Source: Armatimonadota bacterium (GTDB lineage Bacteria; Armatimonadota; UBA5829; DTLH01). From it: a stretch of DNA of 42,763 nucleotides. The notes under the pieces are model-generated. The model had not been told where the DNA came from. It saw nothing but the letters and a program-made list of their open reading frames with translations, and did no database searches. How positions within the stretch are numbered: position 1 is the first letter of the stretch; each line of letters begins with the position of its first letter. Both the position numbers and the translations under genes were made by a program. Shown one piece after another: positions 1-8,211 of the stretch. The stretch lies in assembly GCA_039680575.1 (NCBI GenBank), contig JBDKSP010000003.1, positions 1 to 42,763 of the forward strand. Reading direction: 5' to 3'.

Positions 1-47
1 AGTCACGACCCGAGCTTATCATATTTCCAAGGTGCGAGCGTTGCTCG

Positions 48-515
48 TTACTTAAATAGACTTGATGTTTCATACCTGTATATACGAGTACAGAAGCAAA
101 ATGATTCAACTTTACAGAACACTAGTATGACTATAACACCAATAGATGCCCATAATAGCCATGCTGAGAAAATAGCGAGTTGGTTATGTACAGCTAGACG
201 TATGCAAAACAAAGCTGCACCAAATAAGGCAATGATAATGCCATAAGGAAAAGAAAGTTGTTGTTCTATCCTATCTTTACGTTCGAGCTCGGCATAATGA
301 ATATCGCGGTACATCCCGAACAGAAACTGTTCATCAGCATCTTTGCTTTCTTTGGATTCAGCACTACTCTTGGAACTAGAGTCGGCGGAAACCGATTGCA
401 CGTGGTCGGGAATAGCAGCAACTACTGAAACAACGGGTAAAATGTATCTTGCAAGCTGACGGATTGACACTATATTCATGAGGCAATTATAGTTCAAATG
501 ACTCAATCGGTGCAA
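48..515 (-). CDS. Hypothetical membrane protein (start uncertain, possibly truncated)
   Basis: AT-rich ORF with a charged helix (YRDIHYAELERKDRIEQQL) followed by two hydrophobic segments. No family recognised. Confidence 0.45.
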   Translation of the reverse strand: MHRLSHLNYNCLMNIVSIRQLARYILPVVSVVAAIPDHVQSVSADSSSKSSAESKESKDADEQFLFGMYRDIHYAELERKDRIEQQLSFPYGIIIALFGAALFCIRLAVHNQLAIFSAWLLWASIGVIVILVFCKVESFCFCTRIYRYETSSLFK

Positions 516-695
516 TCAAAGTGCTTTTTATAACTCCTATTAGTGTGTAGTTTGAAAATGACTTGTTGTTGGATATATGATTTAGCACTTCACCGGTATG
601 TTGCGTTTGCTTTTGGTGCAGAAGTGTTCTGCACGTTAGAGTAAAGGTCGGTGAAGGTCTTTTGATGCACGGACTACAAATCGCACCCCATCAAG

Positions 696-731
696 AAAAA
701 AGGCTGAGATAATCGACTATCTCGGCCTTTT
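696..731 (-). terminator. Rho-independent terminator (possibly bidirectional)
   Basis: AAAAAAGGCTGAGATA-ATCGAC-TATCTCGGCCTTTT hairpin with A/T tracts on both sides. Confidence 0.75.
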
Positions 732-745
732 CAAATTAACGGAAC

Positions 746-805
746 CTACCCCTTAATTCCGCTCATCGTTATCCCCTGAATAAACACCTTTTGCATGAAG
801 CAGAC
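746..805 (-). pseudogene. 3'-terminal remnant of a carbohydrate ABC transporter permease (MalG-type)
   Basis: Minus strand reads VCFMQKVFIQGITMSGIKG*, the typical C-terminal signature of these permeases. It is preceded in frame by TGA and followed by the terminator. Confidence 0.55.
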
Positions 806-845
806 TCATGATGATGAAATAGGCTCGGCTCGTACATCAATGTTT

Positions 846-1265
846 CTACTCGCAGGGGAAAGTCATGCCGTATTTCTTTACTATCGTATCGAACCTTTTC
901 CGCTGTTTATCGGATAATTTAACATATCTATCGGAACCGTATATGCGGATATTACCGCATGTATCGCAAGCAGGGCAAAAAACAATCTTTTTCTGCCCGT
1001 CTGATAGTGTGATCGAGACATCAGGACTAAATCCACAGGAAAGGCCGCCATCTCTATAGACAGGTCCGGCAAATAGCTTCTTCAGCGCTTTAACATCATT
1101 GGTGTCTGTTATTACTGTGTCGATGGACTTGTTGGGATAGTGGTATCTGAGCGAGACCTTTGTTGCAAAATCAGTATTTATCCGCGTGGGAAATCCTCTC
1201 GCAATGTATATAAAAACCAATCCAATTGCCAATACTATAAGCACCGGTATAAGCAGCTTTTTCAA
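846..1265 (-). CDS. Hypothetical exported/membrane-anchored protein
   Basis: N-terminal MKK plus a hydrophobic stretch; Cys-containing C-terminal domain (CGFS, CPACDTC); GGTGGGG upstream as a possible RBS. Confidence 0.7.
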   Translation of the reverse strand: MKKLLIPVLIVLAIGLVFIYIARGFPTRINTDFATKVSLRYHYPNKSIDTVITDTNDVKALKKLFAGPVYRDGGLSCGFSPDVSITLSDGQKKIVFCPACDTCGNIRIYGSDRYVKLSDKQRKRFDTIVKKYGMTFPCE

Positions 1266-1298
1266 ATCTGTTTCCCCACCTTTATTGATTACTTCAGG

Positions 1299-3545
1299 CT
1301 ATCGCACATTAAAGCTCTTCAGACGAAGCGAGTTTGTTACTACGGAAACGGATGAAAGGGACATCGCCGCGGCGGCAATCATCGGGTTCAGGAGCAGGTG
1401 AAACGCCGGGTATAGCACCCCTGCAGCAATCGGGATGAGCAGCACATTGTAGATAAAAGACAGGAACAGGTTCTGCCGGACGGTCCTGATCGTTTGGCGG
1501 CTCAAGGAGATTGCTGTCACGACTCCCATCAGGTCGCCTGAGATAAGCGTAATGTCGCCAGCTTCCATCGCAACATCTGTTCCGGTACCTATAGCTATCC
1601 CGACATCTGCCTGGGCTAGTGCCGGGGCGTCGTTTATCCCGTCCCCGACCATCGCGACGACTTTTCCTTCTGTTTGGAGCCTTTGGACCTCTTTGGACTT
1701 GTCCTGCGGTAGGACTTCGGCCATGACTCGGTCTATTCCTACCTGTTTTGCGATAGCATCGGCGGTTTTTTGGTTGTCGCCGGTAATCATGGCGACTTCG
1801 AGCCCCAAATTATGAAGCGCCCGGACAGCAAGAGCTGAGTTCTCCTTCAGCGTATCGGCTATCGCCAATACTCCGGCAGGTTTTCCGTCGATGGCAGCAA
1901 AGACAGGAGTTTTTCCTTCAGATGAAAGCTCATTCGCGCGTTTGTCCAGCTCATCGAGCGGCACATTGCGGCCAGCCATAAGGTTCCGGTTGCCTGCAAG
2001 GACATTTCTACCGCTGACTACTGCCTCGATCCCCTCACCCGTGAGCGATGAGAATGATTCCACAGGGCTGAGTGGAATCTTCCGTGCTTCTGCACCGTGG
2101 ACTATCGCTTCTCCGAGTGGGTGCTCAGACCTCGCCTCGGCAGATGCGACCAGCCTCAATAGCTCTGTTTCGTTTACACCAGGCAAAACAGCGGTGACGA
2201 CCAGTTCCGGCTCTCCCTTTGTAAGAGTCCCGGTCTTGTCCAAAACGACAGTCGTAACTTTATGCGCGCGCTCCAGAATCTCTCCGCCTTTTATCAGCAC
2301 ACCGCTTTCCGCGCCCTTTCCCGTCCCGACCATAATCGCGGTCGGAGTGGCAAGCCCGAGCGCGCACGGGCAGGCGATGATGAGCACTGCTACGAAGTTC
2401 AAAAGGGCGTAATTGAACGCGGGTGCAGGCCCCCAAAGAAGCCAGACGATGAACGTGATGATCGCAATCCCAATGACAATCGGGACGAAATAGCCGGAAA
2501 TTATGTCCGCCAGCCGCTGGATCGGCGCTTTCGACCCCTGCGCCTGTTCGACCATCTGTATAATGTGCGCGAGCGCCGTATCTTTCCCGACTTTCGTCGC
2601 TCGGAAGGTGAAGCTCCCGGTTTTGTTGATCGTAGCGCCGATAACTCCATCACCAGCCCGCTTCGTGACCGGAATGCTTTCCCCGGTAATCATCGACTCG
2701 TCGACTGCGGAAGTACCATCAACGACTATTCCGTCTACAGGGATCTTCTCACCAGGACGGACAATCACAATATCGCCGACAGCCACATCTTCGACGGGAA
2801 TATCTACTTCCTCTCCATCGCGGGAGACTCGCGCGGTCCTCGGCCTGAGCCCCGCCAACTTCCGAATAGCTTCCGAAGCGTTTCCTCTGGCTCTGGCCTC
2901 AAGGAACCTGCCGAGGAGGATAAGAGTGATGATTACTGCGGATGTATCGAAGTATACAGCAGGCATTACGCCTTCGACTGCCTTAAAGAACGCCGGGAAT
3001 AGTATGACTGCGACGCTGTACAGGTATGCTGAGGAGCTTCCGACGGCTATCAGTGTGTTCATATCGACAGTGCGATGCCTGAGACCTGCCCACATCCCCC
3101 GGTAGAACGGCCACCCTCCCCAGAACTGCACGGGAGTGGCGAACGCCCACATTACATAATGGTCGGCGAATACCGCCGGGATGAAACCGAGTGAGCCGAT
3201 TCCTCGAAGCATGCCGAGGAGTATCGGGATGGTCAATATGGCGCTCACCCAGAACCGCGTTTTCCACTCGAGTAGATTCTCGTCCCTCGCCGCCTGCTCG
3301 CGGTCTTCGGCCTCGGATTTTTCGATGGCTTCTTCTGGTATGTCATATCCCAGATATGATACGACCGTTTTGATCTTCTCCGGAGTGATCTGCTCCGGGA
3401 CGTACTCCACCGTAGCGCGTTCGGTCGCCAGGTTGATAGAGACTTTGACTACTCCTTCGAGAACGGAAAGATGCTGCTCTATCCGCCGGACGCATGACGC
3501 GCAGTGCATACCTTTTATGGGAAATTGAATAGTTTCTGTTGTCAT
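1299..3545 (-). CDS. copA: Copper-translocating P1B-type ATPase
   Basis: N-terminal HMA motif GMHCASC, TGES, intramembrane CPC, DKTGT phosphorylation site, [14 protein letters not shown] and MxxSS Cu(I) ligands. Confidence 0.95.
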   Translation of the reverse strand: MTTETIQFPIKGMHCASCVRRIEQHLSVLEGVVKVSINLATERATVEYVPEQITPEKIKTVVSYLGYDIPEEAIEKSEAEDREQAARDENLLEWKTRFWVSAILTIPILLGMLRGIGSLGFIPAVFADHYVMWAFATPVQFWGGWPFYRGMWAGLRHRTVDMNTLIAVGSSSAYLYSVAVILFPAFFKAVEGVMPAVYFDTSAVIITLILLGRFLEARARGNASEAIRKLAGLRPRTARVSRDGEEVDIPVEDVAVGDIVIVRPGEKIPVDGIVVDGTSAVDESMITGESIPVTKRAGDGVIGATINKTGSFTFRATKVGKDTALAHIIQMVEQAQGSKAPIQRLADIISGYFVPIVIGIAIITFIVWLLWGPAPAFNYALLNFVAVLIIACPCALGLATPTAIMVGTGKGAESGVLIKGGEILERAHKVTTVVLDKTGTLTKGEPELVVTAVLPGVNETELLRLVASAEARSEHPLGEAIVHGAEARKIPLSPVESFSSLTGEGIEAVVSGRNVLAGNRNLMAGRNVPLDELDKRANELSSEGKTPVFAAIDGKPAGVLAIADTLKENSALAVRALHNLGLEVAMITGDNQKTADAIAKQVGIDRVMAEVLPQDKSKEVQRLQTEGKVVAMVGDGINDAPALAQADVGIAIGTGTDVAMEAGDITLISGDLMGVVTAISLSRQTIRTVRQNLFLSFIYNVLLIPIAAGVLYPAFHLLLNPMIAAAAMSLSSVSVVTNSLRLKSFNVR

Positions 3546-3562
3546 TTTTAGCTGTCAGCTTC

Positions 3563-4492
3563 CTACCCCCTCGTCATCTCAATATTTTTCACCTTGTCCA
3601 CATCGAGTGTGGCGACGCCGATGGAACTATCCGCGCCGCCGTAGTAGATCATATACTTCCCATCTCTTTCCACCACGCCGCAGGTGAAGACGACATTGCA
3701 CACCGAACCGACGCATTCGAATGCCTCTTTCGGGTCGAGAATCGGCTTGGAAGACCGTGCTATGATTTTCGATGGGTCATCGAGATCGGATAGAAAGACA
3801 CCGAGCCTGTAGACCCTGTTCTCATCTACGCCGTGGTAGAAGTTCAGCCAGCCGTCTTCCGTTTTGATCGGCGGAGAGCCCGCCCCGATCCGCTCATTAT
3901 CCCAGGAGCTGAGTTTAGGGGTCATGACCGGCCTGTGATCATACCAGTGGAGCAGGTCGTCTGAGTAGGAGATCCATATATCCGGCAGCACTCGGTGGTA
4001 CATGACGTATTTCCCGTTGAATTTCTCCGGGAAGAATACGGCATCCTTATCATCGAACTCCGGCAGGATGACTCCGTGCCGCTTGTAGGTTTTGAAATCT
4101 TTTGTAGAAATCAATGAGACCCTGCATCTCCACGGAGGTCCTACCTTGAACGTAGGAGGGCGGTTTTCAGCTACCGGATAGACCGATGCTCCGACATAAG
4201 GGATGTAGTAAGTCCCATCGATAAGCGTAATACGCGGGTCTTCACTTCCAAGCCGCTCGAACTCATCGCCAAGTGGACTTTCATAAGCCGGTATGCTTGC
4301 CCTTTCAAAGCTAAAACCATCTTTGCTCCAGGCGTATCCCAGGCGGGAGATGTTATCGTCGCCTACCGCGCGATAGAGCATGTGGATCATCCCGCTTTTA
4401 TCAGCTACGCCGCAGTTAAATACGGCCTTATTCTCCCACCACCTGCTCGACGGAGCCAGCACAGGGTTTTTCGCGTATCGTTGTGCCAACAT
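3563..4492 (-). CDS. GH130-family glycosidase / mannoside phosphorylase
   Basis: Motifs NPVL, VFNCG, YRA, EDPRI, KDAVFFPEK, YHG and NVVF of the five-bladed beta-propeller GH130 family; AAGGAG RBS. Confidence 0.88.
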   Translation of the reverse strand: MLAQRYAKNPVLAPSSRWWENKAVFNCGVADKSGMIHMLYRAVGDDNISRLGYAWSKDGFSFERASIPAYESPLGDEFERLGSEDPRITLIDGTYYIPYVGASVYPVAENRPPTFKVGPPWRCRVSLISTKDFKTYKRHGVILPEFDDKDAVFFPEKFNGKYVMYHRVLPDIWISYSDDLLHWYDHRPVMTPKLSSWDNERIGAGSPPIKTEDGWLNFYHGVDENRVYRLGVFLSDLDDPSKIIARSSKPILDPKEAFECVGSVCNVVFTCGVVERDGKYMIYYGGADSSIGVATLDVDKVKNIEMTRG

Positions 4493-4523
4493 ATCTTTTG
4501 TGTTTGCTCCTTATGTAATTTAT

Positions 4524-4532
4524 ATCATAGCA
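4524..4532 (-). promoter_or_regulatory. Extended -10 promoter candidate for GH130-copA
   Basis: TGCTATGAT on the minus strand about 30 nt upstream of the start. Confidence 0.5.
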
Positions 4533-4607
4533 CAAATGATTTTTAGCCTGAACATATATGTCTGTAAACGTGGAAATGGGGATAGGGACTAGTGAGATTA
4601 GTGGAAG

Positions 4608-4644
4608 CTCATGCTTCGGGATGAAAAGAATCCCGAAGCATGAG
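4608..4644. repeat. Palindromic hairpin downstream of argB (TGCTTCGG...CCGAAGCA family)
   Basis: CTCATGCTTCGGGA / TCCCGAAGCATGAG 14-bp perfect stem. Related stems occur at 15654-15681 and 29099-29124. Confidence 0.7.
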
Positions 4645-4669
4645 AATAGATTCTGCAGAAAAACGCCGG

Positions 4670-5527
4670 TTATTCCACTTCTTCGAGCATCGTTCCGATG
4701 CCGGTGTCGGTGAATATCTCCATCAAAAGCGAGTGCAAGAGCGTTCCGTCGATGATATGTGCCCGCTCGACGCCTCCGTTGAGCGCCGTAATGCATGCTT
4801 CGACCTTCGGTATCATCCCCCGGTCGATCTTGCCGGAGTCGATCATCTCCTTGGCCTCTTTTGAAGTCAGCGAGGAACGAAGCGTAGCCGGGTCGTCCTT
4901 GTTTTCGAGTATCCCGGTTACATCCGTCAAGACTATCAGCTTAGTCGCGCCGACCGCAGCGGCGATTGCTCCTGCAATATGGTCAGCATTCACGTTCAGG
5001 CTCTCTCCGTCCGTCCCGATGGCTACGGACGAGATCACGGGGATGTAGCCCTCCTCGGCAAGTGTCATTAAGATACCGGGATTGATCTTTTTGATGTTTC
5101 CGACCAGCCCCAGGCCGCCTCCGGCGCGTTCGGCTTCGATCAGGTTCGCATCCTTACCGGACAGTCCGACCGCCTTGCCGTCCAGAGTGTTGATTATCGA
5201 GACGATGCCCTTGTTCGATTTACCTGCAAGCACCATCTCGACGATCTCCATCGTCTCTTCGTCCGTTACGCGGAGCCCTCCGATGAACTCAGGTTCCTTG
5301 CCGATCCGCTTCAGCATCCGGTTGATCTCCGGACCGCCGCCGTGGACCAGAATCGGGTTCATACCGACGAACCGGAGTAAAACGATGTCCCTCAGCACGG
5401 AGACTTTGAGGTCATCGTCGATCATGGCGTTCCCGCCGTATTTAATGACAATAGTCTTACCGCAGTAATGCTGTATGTAAGGCAGCGCCTTGACTAGAAT
5501 GTCGGCTTGTTCGGATGTATAATTCAT
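4670..5527 (-). CDS. argB: Acetylglutamate kinase
   Basis: IVIKYGGNAM, VHGGGPEI, GLRVTD, NVNAD, GMIPK, EIFTDTGIGTM. Start placed at the ATG overlapping the yjbQ stop (ATGA). Confidence 0.96.
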   Translation of the reverse strand: MNYTSEQADILVKALPYIQHYCGKTIVIKYGGNAMIDDDLKVSVLRDIVLLRFVGMNPILVHGGGPEINRMLKRIGKEPEFIGGLRVTDEETMEIVEMVLAGKSNKGIVSIINTLDGKAVGLSGKDANLIEAERAGGGLGLVGNIKKINPGILMTLAEEGYIPVISSVAIGTDGESLNVNADHIAGAIAAAVGATKLIVLTDVTGILENKDDPATLRSSLTSKEAKEMIDSGKIDRGMIPKVEACITALNGGVERAHIIDGTLLHSLLMEIFTDTGIGTMLEEVE

Positions 5528-5904
5528 AGCTTCACCCATACTTTTCGGCTTCTTGGGCCGTCGAATTCGGTAAAATATATCCCCTGCCAGGTGCCGAGCG
5601 CCGGACGGCCGTTTTCGACTATCACCTGGAGCGAAAACCCCATCATACTCGCTTTGATATGAGCGTCGGAGTTGCCTTCGCTGTGTGTGTAGTCGCCGTC
5701 AGCCGGAACCAGCCGGTCGAGCAGTATATCGCGGACGACACTCGGATCGGCGTTTTCGTTGATGGTGACTCCCGCGGTGGTGTGGGGGACGAAGACCGTG
5801 GCGACACCGTCTGTCACTCCCGACTCACGGATCGCCTGTGCGACCCGGTCGGTTATATCGATGAACTCGACCCTTCGGTTCGTCTTCACGGTAAAACTTG
5901 TCAC
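5524..5904 (-). CDS. yjbQ: YjbQ family (UPF0047, secondary thiamine-phosphate synthase)
   Basis: PHTTAGVTINENADP, GNSDAHIK, LGTWQGIYFTEFDGPR; GGAGG RBS. Confidence 0.93.
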   Translation of the reverse strand: MTSFTVKTNRRVEFIDITDRVAQAIRESGVTDGVATVFVPHTTAGVTINENADPSVVRDILLDRLVPADGDYTHSEGNSDAHIKASMMGFSLQVIVENGRPALGTWQGIYFTEFDGPRSRKVWVKL

Positions 5905-5914
5905 TGTGTACCTC

Positions 5915-6583
5915 CTACCGGTTTCGGCTTTCTATCCGTTTCAGCAGGAGTCCGGGGTTTCGGTAAAGGACCTGCTCGACTTCTTCATCGGTCAGTCCCG
6001 CTCCGCGCGCGACCGTGGCGGCAAAATCTTCCGTAAGAAGATCGCCCGGGGCGTGCGCATCCGTGTTTACGAGGAATTTAGCGCCGGCTTCCCGTCCGAG
6101 ACGCACGACCCTGCCGTTAGTGAGAGAATGACCGCGCCTGCAGGTGATTTCAAGGAACACATCATGCTCAGCGGCCAGCCTGGCGTCTTCCGGCGTGATG
6201 AGCCCCGGGTGAGCGAGAATATCGACTTTGCCGGAGATTATGGCCGCATGGTTGGTGCCGGGTTCTACCGGCTCGGCTACAGTTTCGCCGTGGACCGCGA
6301 CATACTGCGCGCCGGATGCAAGCGCTTGGCATGCTGCGTCGGCTATCGCGGCTGCGGGAACGTGCGTGAGTTCAGCGCCGACCAACACATCTATTCCCCA
6401 ATGCCGGTTTCCCGATTCCGCGTCACGCTTTGCCTCGGAGACCACTCTCTCGACCGTGGAGAAGCTGACATGGTCCGATATTCCGAGCGCAGTGTAGCCC
6501 ATGACGGCGCACCTGCGGATAAGCTCCATGGGAAGCAGTTCGCCGTCTGAGAGGAATGTATGAGTATGAAAGTCGTACAGCAG
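5915..6583 (-). CDS. PHP-domain metallophosphoesterase (histidinol-phosphatase-like), CTG start proposed
   Basis: Extending the track ORF 18 codons upstream restores the DFHTHTFLSDG motif. Also ISDH, ELTH, VHGET, LAHPG and NTDAH. GAGGA RBS 7 nt before CTG at 6583. Confidence 0.88.
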   Translation of the reverse strand: MLYDFHTHTFLSDGELLPMELIRRCAVMGYTALGISDHVSFSTVERVVSEAKRDAESGNRHWGIDVLVGAELTHVPAAAIADAACQALASGAQYVAVHGETVAEPVEPGTNHAAIISGKVDILAHPGLITPEDARLAAEHDVFLEITCRRGHSLTNGRVVRLGREAGAKFLVNTDAHAPGDLLTEDFAATVARGAGLTDEEVEQVLYRNPGLLLKRIESRNR

Positions 6584-6599
6584 GGGCGTATCCTCGCTT

Positions 6600-7538
6600 T
6601 TAATAGAATAACGACGTGATCGACTCTTCTTCGTGGACTCTGCGAATCGCTTCGGCGAAGAGAGGCGCTACGGAAAGCACCTTCAGCGAATCGAGCTTGC
6701 CTTCCGGTCTGGGCAGAGTGTCGGTGATGACGACTTCCTTTATCTCAGGCCGGTTCAACCGCTCGAACGCCGGGCCGGTCAGCACGCCGTGTGTCGCCGC
6801 AATATATATTTCCGGGTTGCATCCATGTGCCAGAAGCGCGTCCACGCACTCTGTGATGCTTCCGCCGGTGGTTATTATGTCCTCTACGATGATCGGAGTC
6901 TTGCCCTTGACGTCGCCCGCAAGATGGGTCATCTCGGTCTGCTGGTGCTCCGGGTGGAACTTGTAGCCGACGGCAATCGGGGCTTTCAACCTGCTCGATA
7001 CCTGGCGCACCGTCTTCACCCGGCCTTCATCCGTGGAGACAATTACTGTGTTGTCGAGATTTTTCTCCTTGAAGTAGCTAGCTATTGCCGGAACAGCGGT
7101 CATGTGATCGACCGGGATGTTGAAAAATCCCTGGATCGCGCTTGCGTGCAGGTCCATGGTGACGATGCGGTTGGCTCCGGCTGCGGTGAGGATGTCCGCG
7201 ATGAGCTTCGCAGTGATCGGCTCACGCGGCGCGTCTTTTTTCTCCTGCCGGGCGTAACCGTAATACGGGACTACGGCATTGACGCTTGCGGCGGAGGCTC
7301 TGCGGAGGGCATCGATCAGGATCAGAAGCTCCACCAGGTTGGTATCGACCGGCGGACATGTGGGTTGGATGACGAATGCATCGACTCCGCGGACGCTCTC
7401 CTTGAATTTGACATAGCACTCTCCGTCGGTGAACCTGGAAATCGTCAGGTCTCCGAGCGGGGAACCCAAATACTCGGAAATTTTTTCGGCAAGAGGGCGG
7501 TTGCCCGTCCCAGCGAAAAGTTTCAATGTATTCTTCAT
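6600..7538 (-). CDS. prs: Ribose-phosphate pyrophosphokinase (divergent active-site motifs)
   Basis: RFTDGE, YYGYARQ, REPITAK, DLHA, QGFFNIPVD, PRPP-loop IIVEDIITTGGS, ATHG; GGAGG RBS. Confidence 0.9.
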   Translation of the reverse strand: MKNTLKLFAGTGNRPLAEKISEYLGSPLGDLTISRFTDGECYVKFKESVRGVDAFVIQPTCPPVDTNLVELLILIDALRRASAASVNAVVPYYGYARQEKKDAPREPITAKLIADILTAAGANRIVTMDLHASAIQGFFNIPVDHMTAVPAIASYFKEKNLDNTVIVSTDEGRVKTVRQVSSRLKAPIAVGYKFHPEHQQTEMTHLAGDVKGKTPIIVEDIITTGGSITECVDALLAHGCNPEIYIAATHGVLTGPAFERLNRPEIKEVVITDTLPRPEGKLDSLKVLSVAPLFAEAIRRVHEEESITSLFY

Positions 7539-7630
7539 CCACCTGCCTCCATAAACAGCACAAATCCAACTCGAATTACCTTTCTGGAAGTTGGATTTGT
7601 GTAAAGTCAGCCCCTAAAATCTATAATTGA

Positions 7631-7659
7631 ATTATACACCCAAAGCAGAGCCCGTTCAA
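7631..7659 (-). promoter_or_regulatory. Sigma70-type promoter for the prs operon
   Basis: TTGAAC (7659-7654), 17-nt spacer, TATAAT (7636-7631). Confidence 0.7.
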
Positions 7660-7693
7660 GGCGGTAAGTAAGAGTGAACTCTTACTCAAGGCG
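7656..7693. mobile_element. IS66-type scar: 22-bp GTAA...TTAC core flanked by an 8-bp target-site duplication
   Basis: TCAAGGCG | GTAAGTAAGAGTGAACTCTTAC | TCAAGGCG. Positions 7670-7685 are the exact reverse complement of the IS66 end at 40208-40223. Confidence 0.8.
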
Positions 7694-7702
7694 GATAAAG
7701 GC

Positions 7703-8137
7703 CTAAATCCTGATGAGTGCCAGTCCGGATTCTTCGTCCGGCTCGCGGTGCAGTTCAACTGGAGACTCTGTCACCACTAATTCCGTCGTCGGCCAGACCT
7801 GCGCCTCCAAAATATGCCCGCCGACACATGCCCCGTCTTTCTTTGAGACGACCGCATGCGCATGGACCCTGGGAGCGCCGTCGGCTATGGATATGTTGCC
7901 GGTCATCGAAGCTACTTCGACCTGCTCATTCACCGGAATTTCCACATAACTCTTCGTCTCGCGGTTGAAGAACCCAAGGAGCGCGCTGCTCCATGCCCCG
8001 ATTGCGGTAAAATAGCTCGCGCTCAGCTTATTTTCGCGTGCAAAGCTTATAATCCCCTCGATTACTTCATCGCCTTTATCGAAGATCAGAATAAATGTCT
8101 TCCGGCCATCCTGTTCATGCAGCAGTCTTGATTTCAT
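7703..8137 (-). CDS. PPC/DUF296 domain protein
   Basis: FTAIGA, EVASMTGNIS, VHAHAVV, GGHILEAQVWPTTE; AAGGAAAG RBS. Confidence 0.9.
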   Translation of the reverse strand: MKSRLLHEQDGRKTFILIFDKGDEVIEGIISFARENKLSASYFTAIGAWSSALLGFFNRETKSYVEIPVNEQVEVASMTGNISIADGAPRVHAHAVVSKKDGACVGGHILEAQVWPTTELVVTESPVELHREPDEESGLALIRI

Positions 8138-8211
8138 GTCTTTCCTTTCTTACTTTGTGTCCTATGGCAGCAGACTCTTTCTCGGGCGGATTTGCAATCC
8201 AGCCCGCAATG

